This document shows positions 25,846 to 35,966 of a DNA stretch of 64,000 nucleotides, piece after piece. Location: the NCBI RefSeq assembly GCF_018350175.1, contig NC_058368.1, positions 119,972,001 through 120,036,000 of the forward strand, in the 5' to 3' direction. Position 1 is the stretch's first letter, and every line of letters starts with the position of its first letter. Made by a program: the position numbers and the translations under genes. The notes under the pieces are model-generated. The model ran no database searches. It had not been told where the DNA came from and was given only the letters and a program-made list of their open reading frames with translations. The DNA is from Felis catus. Its lineage: Eukaryota.

Positions 25846-26280
25846 TTGGTCTTCTCAGAATGCTACCCAAATGCAGTCCACAGGACAGCAGCAGGGGCAT
25901 CACCTGGGAGTTTGTTGGAGGTGCCAAGTACCTGATACCATCAACTGAATAAGAATTGAATCTGTATTTTAATAAGATACCCAGATTATCCATATGCACA
26001 TTAAAGTTTGAGATGCAGTGGTCTAGACTGCTGGTCCACTAACTCAGCTGTGCATGAGAGTTATCTGGAGAGTTATACAAAATACTGAAGCTTGGGTCTG
26101 ACGCCAAAGATTCTGACACAATTGGTATTGAATGTGATCTGAGTATTTAAATTTTTAGAACTTTACATTATGCAGCAAAATTTGAGAATCACTATTGTAA
26201 GCCAGTGGTTCTCAGTTCTATTTGGACATTATAATCACTTAAGATGCTTAAACAAAAAAAGATGGGTGGGTCCCATCATT
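25846..26280. mobile_element. Three adjacent MER5-type hAT-Charlie MITEs (~25846-26021, ~26028-26198, ~26203-26280)
   Basis: Motifs cagcagcaggggcatcacctgggag, tgcacattaaagtttgaga, tttgagaatcact, cagtggttctca. Confidence 0.7.
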
Positions 26281-26663
26281 TGTTGGAGAAGGTCTTTGAG
26301 AGGATGTTGACCTGTGAGCTGGATGTGGGCAATGGGGGGGGGGGGGCTCCTTACCCCCTGCTCATCCTTGGAATGTACTGTCCCATGTTTCCCCCATAAA
26401 AGTCATTTTTATGGATTTAAAGTTTTGAGAGAGCACTGTGTTGTTGAGATCATCTGGATGGTATATATGACCGAAACTTATTAAGTTTCTATATCAATGT
26501 TTGAGATTCTGGCAGGTGGATGTGGAGATCTCCTTGTCTTGTAGTTGCCAGAGACCGGCCTCATGTGTAAATCTCCTTGCTTATCAAACCTGCCACCTAC
26601 CAATCTATAATTGTCTCCCTCTATCTTCAGTCTGTCCTTGTCCTCTATGTACGGGGGCCAACA
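26281..26663 (+). mobile_element. 5' LTR of the provirus (ERV1/MER4-group-like)
   Basis: Perfect terminal inverted repeat TGTTGG...CCAACA; followed by the PBS-like sequence attagcaagccag. Confidence 0.85.
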
Positions 26664-26699
26664 ATTAGCAAGCCAGTGGGTATAGCAGAGAAATGGGTC

Positions 26700-27245
26700 T
26701 TGGGAGAAAGGTATCCTCAGGGGAAATTCGTAGCTGGCCTTCAGCTTCAATGTGGGGAGAGGTGGTTTGTATGTTAGATGCGTGTGGACCACTGTGTGAG
26801 GATGGGGATGCCCTGAAAACATCAGCTGGTCTAATGTGCTTGTTTGAGAAACTGCACACAGAACATTGAGGCAAAGAAAGGAAAAAAAGTGGCTGCCACA
26901 GTGGGCTTCTCCCATGTGCAGTTCAGCTGGCCACTGTGCCCAATGAGTAGACGAAGCTTGAGTTAACATTGGAAGAAGAATACCGGAAGAAGAGTTGATG
27001 TTAAAGAAGAATGTGCGTGTGTCTACTACTGGACTAGCCTTGGAGCTAGCAGGTAAGGTGGGAGAAGAAGATAATAAGTTGGAGACCTTAACATGCCGTT
27101 TTACAAAGTTAGAAGAGCAGATAATGCAGGTGCTTAAGGTCCAGTTGCTTGTGAAAAGCCTGATTGAGACAATAGGAGGCAGATTCCCTGGGAAAGTGAG
27201 AAGAACAAAGGGAAGAATGGTTCACCGATTGACAATGGAATGAGT
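26700..27245 (+). pseudogene. Decayed ERV-L-like gag fragment
   Basis: ORF 26995-27243 gives a coiled-coil-like peptide ending LKVQLLVK, then KPD*D after a frameshift, resembling ERV-L gag KVRALxxKxWD. Confidence 0.5.
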
Positions 27246-28138
27246 GAAGTGCCCCACGCCATCCAACCTCTAATACAAAAGAAAATTTTAAATAGAAATT
27301 ACCCTGGACTCCTGATAATGGAGAAATACACTCCAAAACTGAGAGGAAAACTTGCATTTTTTTCCTCTGTCCCTTCAAGACCTAAATCTTATTATGTTTT
27401 TGGAATGTAAACACTCCACAACATAATTGAAACACTGCCCATGATTGCCTGAAAGGAAGAGAAAAAAGGAAAGTGACTTAAAATACAGGTCTCTATAGAA
27501 GCTCCCTTGCCTGAAACCTCGTCCCTATAGTTTATGTAAGATTATTTGTCAAAGGCAAACAGAAACCTTAAAAGTCTTCTCCACAAATGCTATTAAAAAG
27601 CTGTAGCCATTTGAGTGGGTGAGTTTGTTCTGTTTGCCAGAGACACGATTTGGATTCAACTGTTACGTATCAATGAGTGAGTTTTTATACAGTTGTACCT
27701 GATTCATGGCTCCGATTTTGGGATGAAAGTTATCAGCTCTCTGTTTAGGTCTGTTTGTGTGTTGATGTATGTGGACGGGTATATGTTACATATAGGGTGT
27801 TTTTCTACCTCCAGATGGTATTGTCAAAATTAATTGGTGAAAGAGCTCTATTTAATTGGCTTAACGAAAAATAAGCCTTAATATCAATATCATACTTATA
27901 TAAAGCTAAAATGTAATTTTCCTTCCTGGGCCAGAAAGACAAAATGTTATTGGATTATTGGTCTACTTTTGATAAGATCGTGAAGGCTTTTATTTACCTT
28001 TTAAGTAATCTGCCTGGGAAATAAAGATTCTGTGTTTTATCAAAATAACTTCCTGTGCATCATGTTGTCTTTATCAGGTCTTTCATTACTTAAGAAAACT
28101 GAGTTCTTTATTAAAAGAGTAAAGTTTTCTTTTCCATT

Positions 28139-28148
28139 TCTTTCTTTT

Positions 28149-28212
<64 letters not shown>

Positions 28213-28214
28213 TC
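28139..28214. repeat. (TTTC)n microsatellite within the provirus
   Basis: Visible tandem units. Confidence 0.96.
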
Positions 28215-28377
28215 AATTATGTGACTTTCTGTATTGGCTATGAAGTATTTAATTGTCACTTTGGTTAAATGGATAACTAAATACTGCTTCCCAGTGACTT
28301 ATGATCCTATTCAATCAGGTGTTTTAAAATGCTTTGGCTTTTTTTTTTACAAAACTTCCCCAAATAAATGAAATATT

Positions 28378-28590
28378 TTTTTTTCAAATGTTTATTTACT
28401 TTTGAGAGAGAGAGAGAGAGAAACAGTGCGAGTGTGGAGGGGCAGAGAGACACACACACAGAATGTGAAGCAGGCTCCAGGCTCTGAGCTGTCAGCACTG
28501 AGCCCGATGGCGGGTTCAGACTCACAAACCGTGAGATCATGACCTGAGCCGAAGTTGGACGCTTAACAAACTGAGCCATCCAGTCTCCCC
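28378..28590 (-). mobile_element. CanSINE nested in the provirus
   Basis: Full body; TSD approximately taaatgaa(a/g)t. Confidence 0.95.
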
Positions 28591-29411
28591 TTAAATGAAG
28601 TTTTTTTGACCTTGAGCTAACTTTGGGATTTTTCAGAGTCCTTGGAGCATTTCAAAGGTTTATTATCTTTGCATACAGAAAATGGTATTAAACTCAACTT
28701 ACCTGACATGTTAAATTACATGGGAAGCATTGTCAAACAAGAAGTGATACTAATCTTTCTTAGGTTATATTTGTATAAATATGAGTGTTCCAGAAATTAT
28801 ATGAAGTTCCTAAAAATTTGATATGTCCTGATATAATATGATTTGTCATAATTCTAGTTATTATTTTAAAATGGTTGTCACAGAAATAACCAAATCCCCT
28901 TGTCAATTGCATTATAATAGACTCATCAGATCTCTAACCATGACCACTTTTTAAATCTTTTGTCATTCACAGACAGTTATTGTTTGACTCTGATGTTTTT
29001 GAAAAAAATGTTCCTGTAAAATGCTGCTTCTTCAAAGAGATTCATGGGAAAGACCAACAAGTACAGGCTTCTGATAACTAAGATCTTACCACTGGACTGA
29101 ATACGAATTTACAGAACTCTAAAGGAAAAACTAATGAGGATGATTGTAATCTTTATAACTTTCATTTCAAATATTGTTGGCTCTTTTATAGTTTGCTTTT
29201 TCAGATTTAAGAAAACCTTTTTCTCCTTTCTCTTAAACTATTAGCAATTTGCCAACACATACCTTTGTGAACAAAGATGAAACATTTGTCTTTCCCTCTC
29301 TACCTGATCCCTCCAGAATTTGGAAACTCTTAGTATTGTTATTTTTATGGCAATATAGTTATTTGCATAAGTTCATAAGAATCTGTTCTCCTCGGAACAA
29401 AAAAGAACTGC

Positions 29412-29645
29412 AACTGCCAGTGGGCTGAACTCAGAGTGTTTTGGCTGGAGATCACTCAGAAGCTTTGGCTAGTAACCCTTTGGACAGACAACTGGGGTGT
29501 CCTAAAGGGATTGGCTGTATAGTTTGGACAATGGCAAGTCAAGGGATGATGTGTGACCCCATATGGGGTCAGGATATGTGGAAAGACATTTGGGTTCTCC
29601 TGCAAAGCTGGAGGAAGTCCTCATGTTTTCCACATCCTGGATCAT
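29412..29645 (+). pseudogene. Retroviral RNase H relic, ERV-L-like
   Basis: NCQWAELRVFWL...WTDNWGVLKGLAV*...PIWGQDMWKDIW...VFHI matches the class III pattern SQWAELRAV / YTDSWAV.NGL / IWG..MW. Confidence 0.85.
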
Positions 29646-29717
29646 AGATGCTGACACACCTTTAGCAACTGGATCCTTCTGTAGATAGAGCAAATTGGGT
29701 ATATAGAAAGAGCCGCT

Positions 29718-29938
29718 GGGGCACCTGGGTGGCTCAGTCGGTTAAGCGTCCAGCTCTTGATTTCGGCTCAGGTCATGGTCTCATGGTTCCTGAGTTTGAG
29801 CCCCACATTGGGCTCTGTGCTGACAGCATGGACCCTGCTTGGGGTTCTCTACCTCTCCCTCTCTCTCTGTTCCTTCCCTGCTTGTGCTCGCTCACTCTCT
29901 CTCTCAAAAATAAATAACTTAAGTATTTAAAAAAAAGA
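29718..29938 (+). mobile_element. CanSINE inserted in the integrase zinc-finger region
   Basis: Full body; degenerate TSD agaaagagccgc / agaaagcagccac. Confidence 0.95.
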
Positions 29939-30008
29939 AAGAAAGCAGCCACGGTAGCACCTTGGCGGGATGGCATATTGCTAAAGATGTTGGATTACTA
30001 TTGAAATA

Positions 30009-30801
30009 CAGTAAAACTTTGGTTTGGGAGCATAATTTGTTCCAGAAACACTCCTGTAATCCAAAGCACTTGTATATCAAAGCGAATTTCCCCATAAGAA
30101 ACAATGGAAACTCACATGATGTGTTCCACCCACAAAAATATTCATATGAAAATGATAGCAATTGTAACATAATATAAAATAATGAAGAAAATACAAAATA
30201 CACAGAGAAATAAACAAATTAACCTGCAATTACCTTTGAAAACCTTCATGGCTGGTGTCTGGGAGACAAGAGAGAGGAGGGTTATTGTGTAGGATGATTT
30301 TCACTATCACTAATGGATGTTGACTACTGCCCAATATCAATAAACTCTCATCATATACTGTATTTAGTGTAACTGGCAACAAGGCAGAATAAAGAGTCTG
30401 TATCTGTAGGCAGCCTGATCTAGAATGAAGCAAAGCATTCAAGCTTACTCTTGTATGGAAAAGCAAAGGACTGTCCACAGGAGCTTTGAAGTGCCAATTA
30501 CTAGTGTAATTACACTAGTGCCAGTTGTGGGCACCTTCCAACATTCTCAAAAATCACTGATTTCTGCCAAATACCATGGCCTGAGAGCGGGCATCCGAGC
30601 ATGGGAGACGATCACCCACAATGCCACCAAGAGAGAGAGAGAGAAGAATCATTGCCCTAGTTGTGATCATGTGACAGTTGGCATCTCATACTCTCGTATT
30701 GCAAGAAATTGCTCATTTCTCAAGTTAAAACTTATTAGAAATGTTTGCTCGTCTTGCAGAACACTCACAGAACAAGTTACTCGCAATCCAAGGTTTTATT
30801 G
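30009..30801 (+). mobile_element. Non-autonomous Tc1/mariner-pogo (Tigger-like) DNA transposon
   Basis: TA on both sides (30007-8, 30802-3); 22-bp TIRs cagtaaaactttggtttgggag vs caataaaaccttggattgcgag (reverse complement of the right end), 4 mismatches. Confidence 0.9.
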
Positions 30802-30920
30802 TACAGTGACATTGTTAATGCATGTCCTGTGTGTTCTAAAAAACACCCAAGTCAACTACTAAAAAAATGTGACATCATACACCAGAGTTCCCAACCAGTG
30901 AGGAACTGGGAAATTAATTA

Positions 30921-31233
30921 CAGATAACCCTTGAACTACGTGAGTTTGAACTGTGAAGGGCTATTTATACACATGTTTTCAATAAATATGGTGTACTATG
31001 GTAAATGTCTTTTCCTTACAATTAACATTTTCTCTTCTCCGTTTACTGAGAAATTGTAGAAATACATATAGTATCTAATACACATACCATGCAAAATGTA
31101 TGCTACTTGACTTTATGTTATCGGTAAGGTTCTTGTTCAATAGTACACTATTAGTAGTTAAGTTTTGGGGGGGTGGTCAAAAGACTGCAGGATATCATTG
31201 CTTCTAACCCCCGAGTTGTTGAAGTGTCAGTTG
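30921..31233 (+). mobile_element. Tigger2-type MITE (Tigger2a_Car-like)
   Basis: TA TSD; ends cagataacccttgaac... and ...gttgttgaagtgtcagttg resemble the Tigger2 TIR CAGTTGACCCTTGAACAAC. Confidence 0.88.
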
Positions 31234-31719
31234 TATCTTGGCCCCTCCCTCTGAGTGAGGGGTCTAAATGTGTCTTGGTTTGTGTGGTCACTGCACTTGG
31301 CCTAAACTAAGCTTCCCCTTTGCCAGGCAAGACAGGCTGGCACCATTAGGGGATTAAAGAAGGTAAGTACGATGTATAGATGTTCTCGATGAAGAGACAA
31401 TGATCAGGGGTAACATTTCTAAGGTCATGATATGGGAGATTGGAACAAAGAACATGACATTGAATATAGGTTCCATCTCCCTATCATCTGTAAGCAGGAG
31501 AGTTGTTAGAAATGAAGAATTAAAGCAGCAGACTAAATTGCTTATAAGTAAAACCACCTTCACCCTGTGGACTAAAGTTCTATCCCAGGATTTAACACAT
31601 TTAAAAAATCAACCAGTAGGTCCTGTTGTCCCATATGCCAGCATGGGGCCCCCTACTGAGACACCAATACTGAAAAGGTATAGAAATCATGGCAAACAGC
31701 CATTTCCCTGACTCTCACA

Positions 31720-31911
31720 GTGGACCAACGTGCTATGTATGCGCTGAGAATACTGAGTCCCATCATGCCCGGGAAAATCACTATTTACCGGAATTTACAA
31801 TGGAACTTCCCACCAGAATGGATGACTCAATTTGTACCCCTGGCTGAGGGGGGCTGTTTAATCTCCACTAGGATCCCATGGTCTTGCTGCAAGCCAGTCC
31901 TGTTAAAATGA
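31720..31911 (+). pseudogene. Putative dUTPase-like relic downstream of integrase
   Basis: PGKITIYRNLQWNFPPEWMTQFVP resembles the ERV-L dUTPase segment PG...IPLNWKLRLPPGHFGLL.P, at the position where ERV-L carries dUTPase. Confidence 0.4.
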
Positions 31912-32643
31912 ACTATACCTGGAATGGAAGAAGCACTACTGGAAGAAGGGAGAAAGTGGAAATTCTGGTCTTGCGTATTCACTCAGTCTGTCTCCTCACG
32001 CCTCACAATCCTACCTCTCCTAATCAACATGTGTAGCATGCGCAACATGGTCACATTTCTATAGCTGCAGTTCTACTATCCTCTAAAGATCAGACCACAA
32101 GTGCAAATCTTATAGAAGGAGAAGACCTTCCCATAACAGTTCCTACTATGTATCTGTCTTGCTGACTTTAGAGTTCTGCTGCATGTGGTATCTAGCCATG
32201 TCATGGGCACCTGATGCAAACACCTTCCTGCAATGGGCCCACATGTATGCCCAGTAAAGGAATCAATCCAACTGTTGGTATGTGGGCGGCTGAGCCACTG
32301 TAGCTTGTCAGGATTGCCATGGTGAGTATCACCATGCCAGAGGGGGTTGGAAAGCCCTAAAGCAGTACATTAAGGAAGAACAAGCTAAGGCTAGTATTCT
32401 TAATTCATTTTATATTACTAATGCTAATCCCCAAACCTGGCCTGTGGCATCCACTATCAGTAATGCAGCCCTGGGTATCCTTTTTCTGTCAACCTAACTA
32501 CACAGGCAGCCATTCAAACTGCTGGCTAGAAAGGTCCTAAAAATACCATCAAAGCCATAGGTGACTGTATTCAGATTTGGGATGGGTTAATGTGGCTCTC
32601 CCCAGGTTATGGACATTTGAGCATATGGGCACCCCTATGTTGG

Positions 32644-33085
32644 TGTTAAAAAGAAAATCAAGGGCCCAAGATGGAGTCACTTATGCCAGTCCAGATCACC
32701 AAACTGGATCTTAATACCTATTCTAATAGTGCCAACTTGCCCAGTAATGTAGTGTTAACTATTCAGTCAGGTATTTTCTGGTCAGCACCAATGAAGGAAT
32801 CTGTCACATGGGCCCTTTCATCCCCCAAAGCAAGATGGAATAATCCAGCTAACAAGTCCCTCCTGCTGTCCCACTAAGGGAAGGTGACCTGCCGGCAGCA
32901 ATCCTTTCTTTTGCTAATAGCTCCCTTGCTTAACCTCCTTCCTGTAGAAACCTTCCATTTCATACAGTTCCTCAGCGCTCCCGCTCCCATCTCCTCGCTA
33001 GATGGGATGCTGCCTGATGCATGAATTGCTCAGTAAAGCCAATTAGATCTTCACATTTACTGAGTTGAATTTTTGTTCTTTAATG
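32644..33085 (+). mobile_element. Solo ERV1 LTR inserted in env
   Basis: Starts TGTTAAA, ends TTTAATG (decayed TTTAACA); 4-bp TSD ttgg/ttgt; agtaaa poly(A)-like signal near 33031; removing it restores LCW-EQKNH. Confidence 0.88.
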
Positions 33086-33178
33086 TTGTGAACAGAAAAA
33101 TCACTCTGAACAGAACCAGGAATATGAGATGTTTTTCACCACAAGTATGTAGTCCTGTCACATTAAGGGATAACGAGT

Positions 33179-33290
33179 GAGGATGCCTGGCTGGCTCAGT
33201 CAGTGGAGCACGTGACTCTTAATCTCGGGGTTGTAAATTCAAGCCCCACATTGGGTGTAGAGATTACTTAAAAATAAAATCTTAGAAAAA
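33179..33290 (+). mobile_element. Short old-type CanSINE inserted in env
   Basis: gcctggctggctcagtcagtggagcacgtgactctt...gggtgtagagattactt; degenerate TSD aagggataac/aaggatagc. Confidence 0.9.
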
Positions 33291-33620
33291 AAGGATAGCA
33301 GCTGGTTTTGCACTGAGTGGTTGTGCTTTCCAGGTATTTATTTGGTAGTCCCAGGGTGGGACCCAGTGGTTGTATGGCACAGATCTTTGGCTGTGGCTTC
33401 CACCTCAGTGGCTGGGCTGCTGTATGCTGGGTTTTCCATGAGCACAGGGGAGAATCCAGTGCGTGGTAATGTAAATTACCAACCTTCCTCTCCTCCAGGC
33501 CACCTGGTCACGTTCTGTCTTCCACTTCCAAAGGTGGGCCGCCACCTTTGTCCCCTCCGTTGACCTGGAGGACTGTTCCAAAAGTGGAGTAGTGGCCTTG
33601 AAGGCATTAAGTGACTTGCC

Positions 33621-33633
33621 AAGAGAGGAGGGA
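33621..33633 (+). other. Polypurine tract of the provirus
   Basis: aagagaggaggga, followed by ttggaggtgaggactttga, which resembles the 5' LTR start ttggagaaggtctttga. Confidence 0.6.
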
Positions 33634-34808
33634 TTGGAGGTGAGGACTTTGAAATTGCTGTCCTAACTGTGGAATGAGGTTCCCTTCCATTTCCAAAATG
33701 AATAGCACAACACTGTGTAAGTACTAAATATCCTCATTACTCATACAAGAATTTTATTACTCATTTGACTCCACTGGGTAACATGAATCCTATGACATTT
33801 GCAAATTTGGAAGGAACTGCTTTATCGATACATGTCACATTGCCTCTTGGAAGCCAGGTATTAGTCACTGCATTGCGTGACTCCCGCATCTCTACCCGTT
33901 ACAAATTTGAAGCCCCCCATCCCCCACGGATTTCTTCCTTCTACTCCAGAGCACTCCAGTGCGTCTCTACAAGCTTGGCTTCTCCCGTTGCCGCAGTGAT
34001 ACGGACACTGAGCAGCCTTTTCTCCTGTCTCTGCAATCTGCTCATACTCTCCTTATAAACACGAGCTTCAGCTTTTATTTTTAGTCTTCTAATACATTCT
34101 GATAAATGTTCTCCTCCTAAGGGCTTGTCTGGAGCAAGGGTGATTGATAAGCTGTTTCAAAGGAAAGAGAAAAATGTTCTCTCGAATATCTGCCATTGTG
34201 ACAGATTACATAAATAATGTTCTAAGGCTAATCGGTACCGAATGGATTTTGTATTTTAAATGTTCTCTGCAGCCGTCCAGGTATGAATCACATTTCTGTA
34301 TCAAAATCATTAGGAGGGCTGCCTTGACTTGTAAAATCAAGCAAATAAATACGGGAAGCCAAATGGTGCTAGATATGTGTATAAGCATTATCAAAGCATT
34401 GTGTCTTTAGCAAGCTCATAAATCATCACTCTGTGGGGAAAGACTTGCCTTAAAAAAATAAGAGCTTTGTCCTTGGTCATCAGCATTGTCAGCTTGGAGA
34501 GGTGTTGAGTTGTCTGTCAGACAACAGCTGTTCACTTCTTGTTTGAGTTTGTTTCTCTTTGCTTATATTTCTGGATCGTTTGTGTGTGTGTGTGGCAGGG
34601 CGGGGGGAGGTATAGGTTTCTGAAGAGTGTCAGGCAGGGTGATGTTAGGGGGTACATAAGAGACTATTTGGATTTTTCATGGTGGTAATATCTTTCCACC
34701 TTTGTATTAAGTCTGCTGTGAAGTTTACTTATTTCTCCCTTTGCCTGCAAAGGGTCAGAGCAGGAACAAGTAAATAGAGAAATGAAAGAGGGATTCAAAC
34801 AGAGAGGA

Positions 34809-35010
34809 GGGTCACCTGGGTGGGTCAGTTTGTTGAACCTCCAACTCTTGGTTTTGGCTCAGGTCAGGATCTTGTGGTTTCTGAGATGGAGCCCTACGTG
34901 GGGCTCTGCACTGACTGTGTGGAGCCTGCTTGGGACCCTCTCTCCTTCTCTCTGCCCCTCCTCTTCCTCTCTCTCTCCCTCTCTTAAAAGAAATAAGTAA
35001 AACTTAAAAA
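34809..35010 (+). mobile_element. CanSINE (diverged)
   Basis: Head, CT tract, tail. Confidence 0.9.
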
Positions 35011-35323
35011 GTCATTGTTAAAAAAAACCCCAGGAAATGAGGAAAGTGAAAAGAGAAGATCCGTTGCTAATGGAGAAGTACTGGACTCAGGCGTTGTAGC
35101 GGAAACACAAAGATTTATAGACGTGGCAGCATGTGTGTGTCTGTGTCTATGCATGTTTAGAAGCTTCTTCCTAACCTGCCTCACTGGAGAAAACCATTGA
35201 AACCCCAGCTAGACAATTCTGCTCCTGATCCCATGTACCCACCCTTAGAATCAGGGGGAGAAGAGATTTTGGAAAGGTGAATGAAGACAGAGATGGTCTG
35301 TGATTTAAAAAACAAAGGGTTCA

Positions 35324-35575
35324 GGGGCTCTCGGGTGGCTTAGTGGGTTAAGTGTCCAACTTCAGCTCAGGTCATGATCTCACGATTTGTGAGCCCGAGC
35401 CCCACATTGGGCTCTGTGCTGACAGCTCGGAGACTGGAGCCTTCTTCGGATTCTGTGTCTCCCTCTCTCTCTGACCCTCCCCTGCTCACACTCTCTCTCT
35501 CTCTCTCTCTCTCTCTCAAAAATAAATAAACATTAAAAAAATTAAAACAAACAAACAAACAAACAAACAAAAAAC
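35324..35575 (+). mobile_element. CanSINE with (AAAC)n tail
   Basis: Full body; degenerate TSD caaagggttcag/caaaggtttcag. Confidence 0.95.
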
Positions 35576-35746
35576 CCCAAAGGTTTCAGAGATGCAAAAC
35601 TAGGCAGTTAAGACTGGGGCTACAAGATTTTTAGCATAATTAGAGGTTCAAGCCTGCCCAACTCTGGAGGTGACTATGCTAAGACCTGCGATAGGGCAAC
35701 TTTGCATGTGTAAGGGAAATCACTGTATTAGAAATTACTGAATATA

Positions 35747-35966
35747 GGGGTGCCTGGGTGGCTTAGTCGGTTAAGCGAGTTAAGCGTCTGACTCAGGCTC
35801 AGGACATGATCTCGTGGTTCATGAGTTCGAGTCCTGCGTCAGGCTCTGTGGTGACAGCTCAGAGCCTGGAGCCTGTTCTAGGTTCTGTGCATCCCTCTCT
35901 TTCTGCCTGTCACCCTGCTAATGTTCTCTCTCAAAAATAAATAAAACACTTAAAAAATTAAAAAAA
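35747..35966 (+). mobile_element. CanSINE
   Basis: TSD agaaattactgaatata; internal gttaagcg duplication in the head. Confidence 0.95.

Larger units (their letters stand above)
29680..31650 (+). pseudogene. Retroviral integrase relic, split by one SINE and two DNA-transposon MITEs
   Basis: Rejoined peptide WVYRKS.HG...WHIAK...NACPVCS...WEINYLGP-PLSEGSKCVLVCV...DNDQG*HF*GH...FHLP...LEMKN...WTKVLSQ...PYASM, i.e. decayed HHCC and DDE regions. Confidence 0.9.
32150..33573 (+). pseudogene. Decayed gamma-type env (SU plus start of TM), ERV-PABLB/HERV-R(b)-like
   Basis: NTFLQWAHMYAQ*RNQSNCW-(V)CG...GLPW*VSP...PFSVNLT...IQIWDGLMWLSPGYGHLSIWAPLCW|EQKNH...TQWLYGTDLWLWLPPQWLGCCMLGFP*AQG...WSR/SVFH...FVPSVDLED; multiple stops and frameshifts. 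Confidence 0.88.
26281..33665 (+). mobile_element. Decayed endogenous retrovirus (LTR - gag relic - non-coding core - RNase H/integrase/dUTPase-like - env - PPT), with nested insertions
   Basis: Colinear order of 5' LTR, PBS-like attagcaagccag, recognisable retroviral peptide motifs and a polypurine tract at 33621-33633. Confidence 0.88.

Noticed and set aside
32150..33573. A domesticated env gene (HEMO- or syncytin-Car1-like), suggested by the NQSNCW motif
   Set aside because: It has multiple stops, frameshifts and two insertions, lacks TM, and its motifs fit PABLB-type env better.
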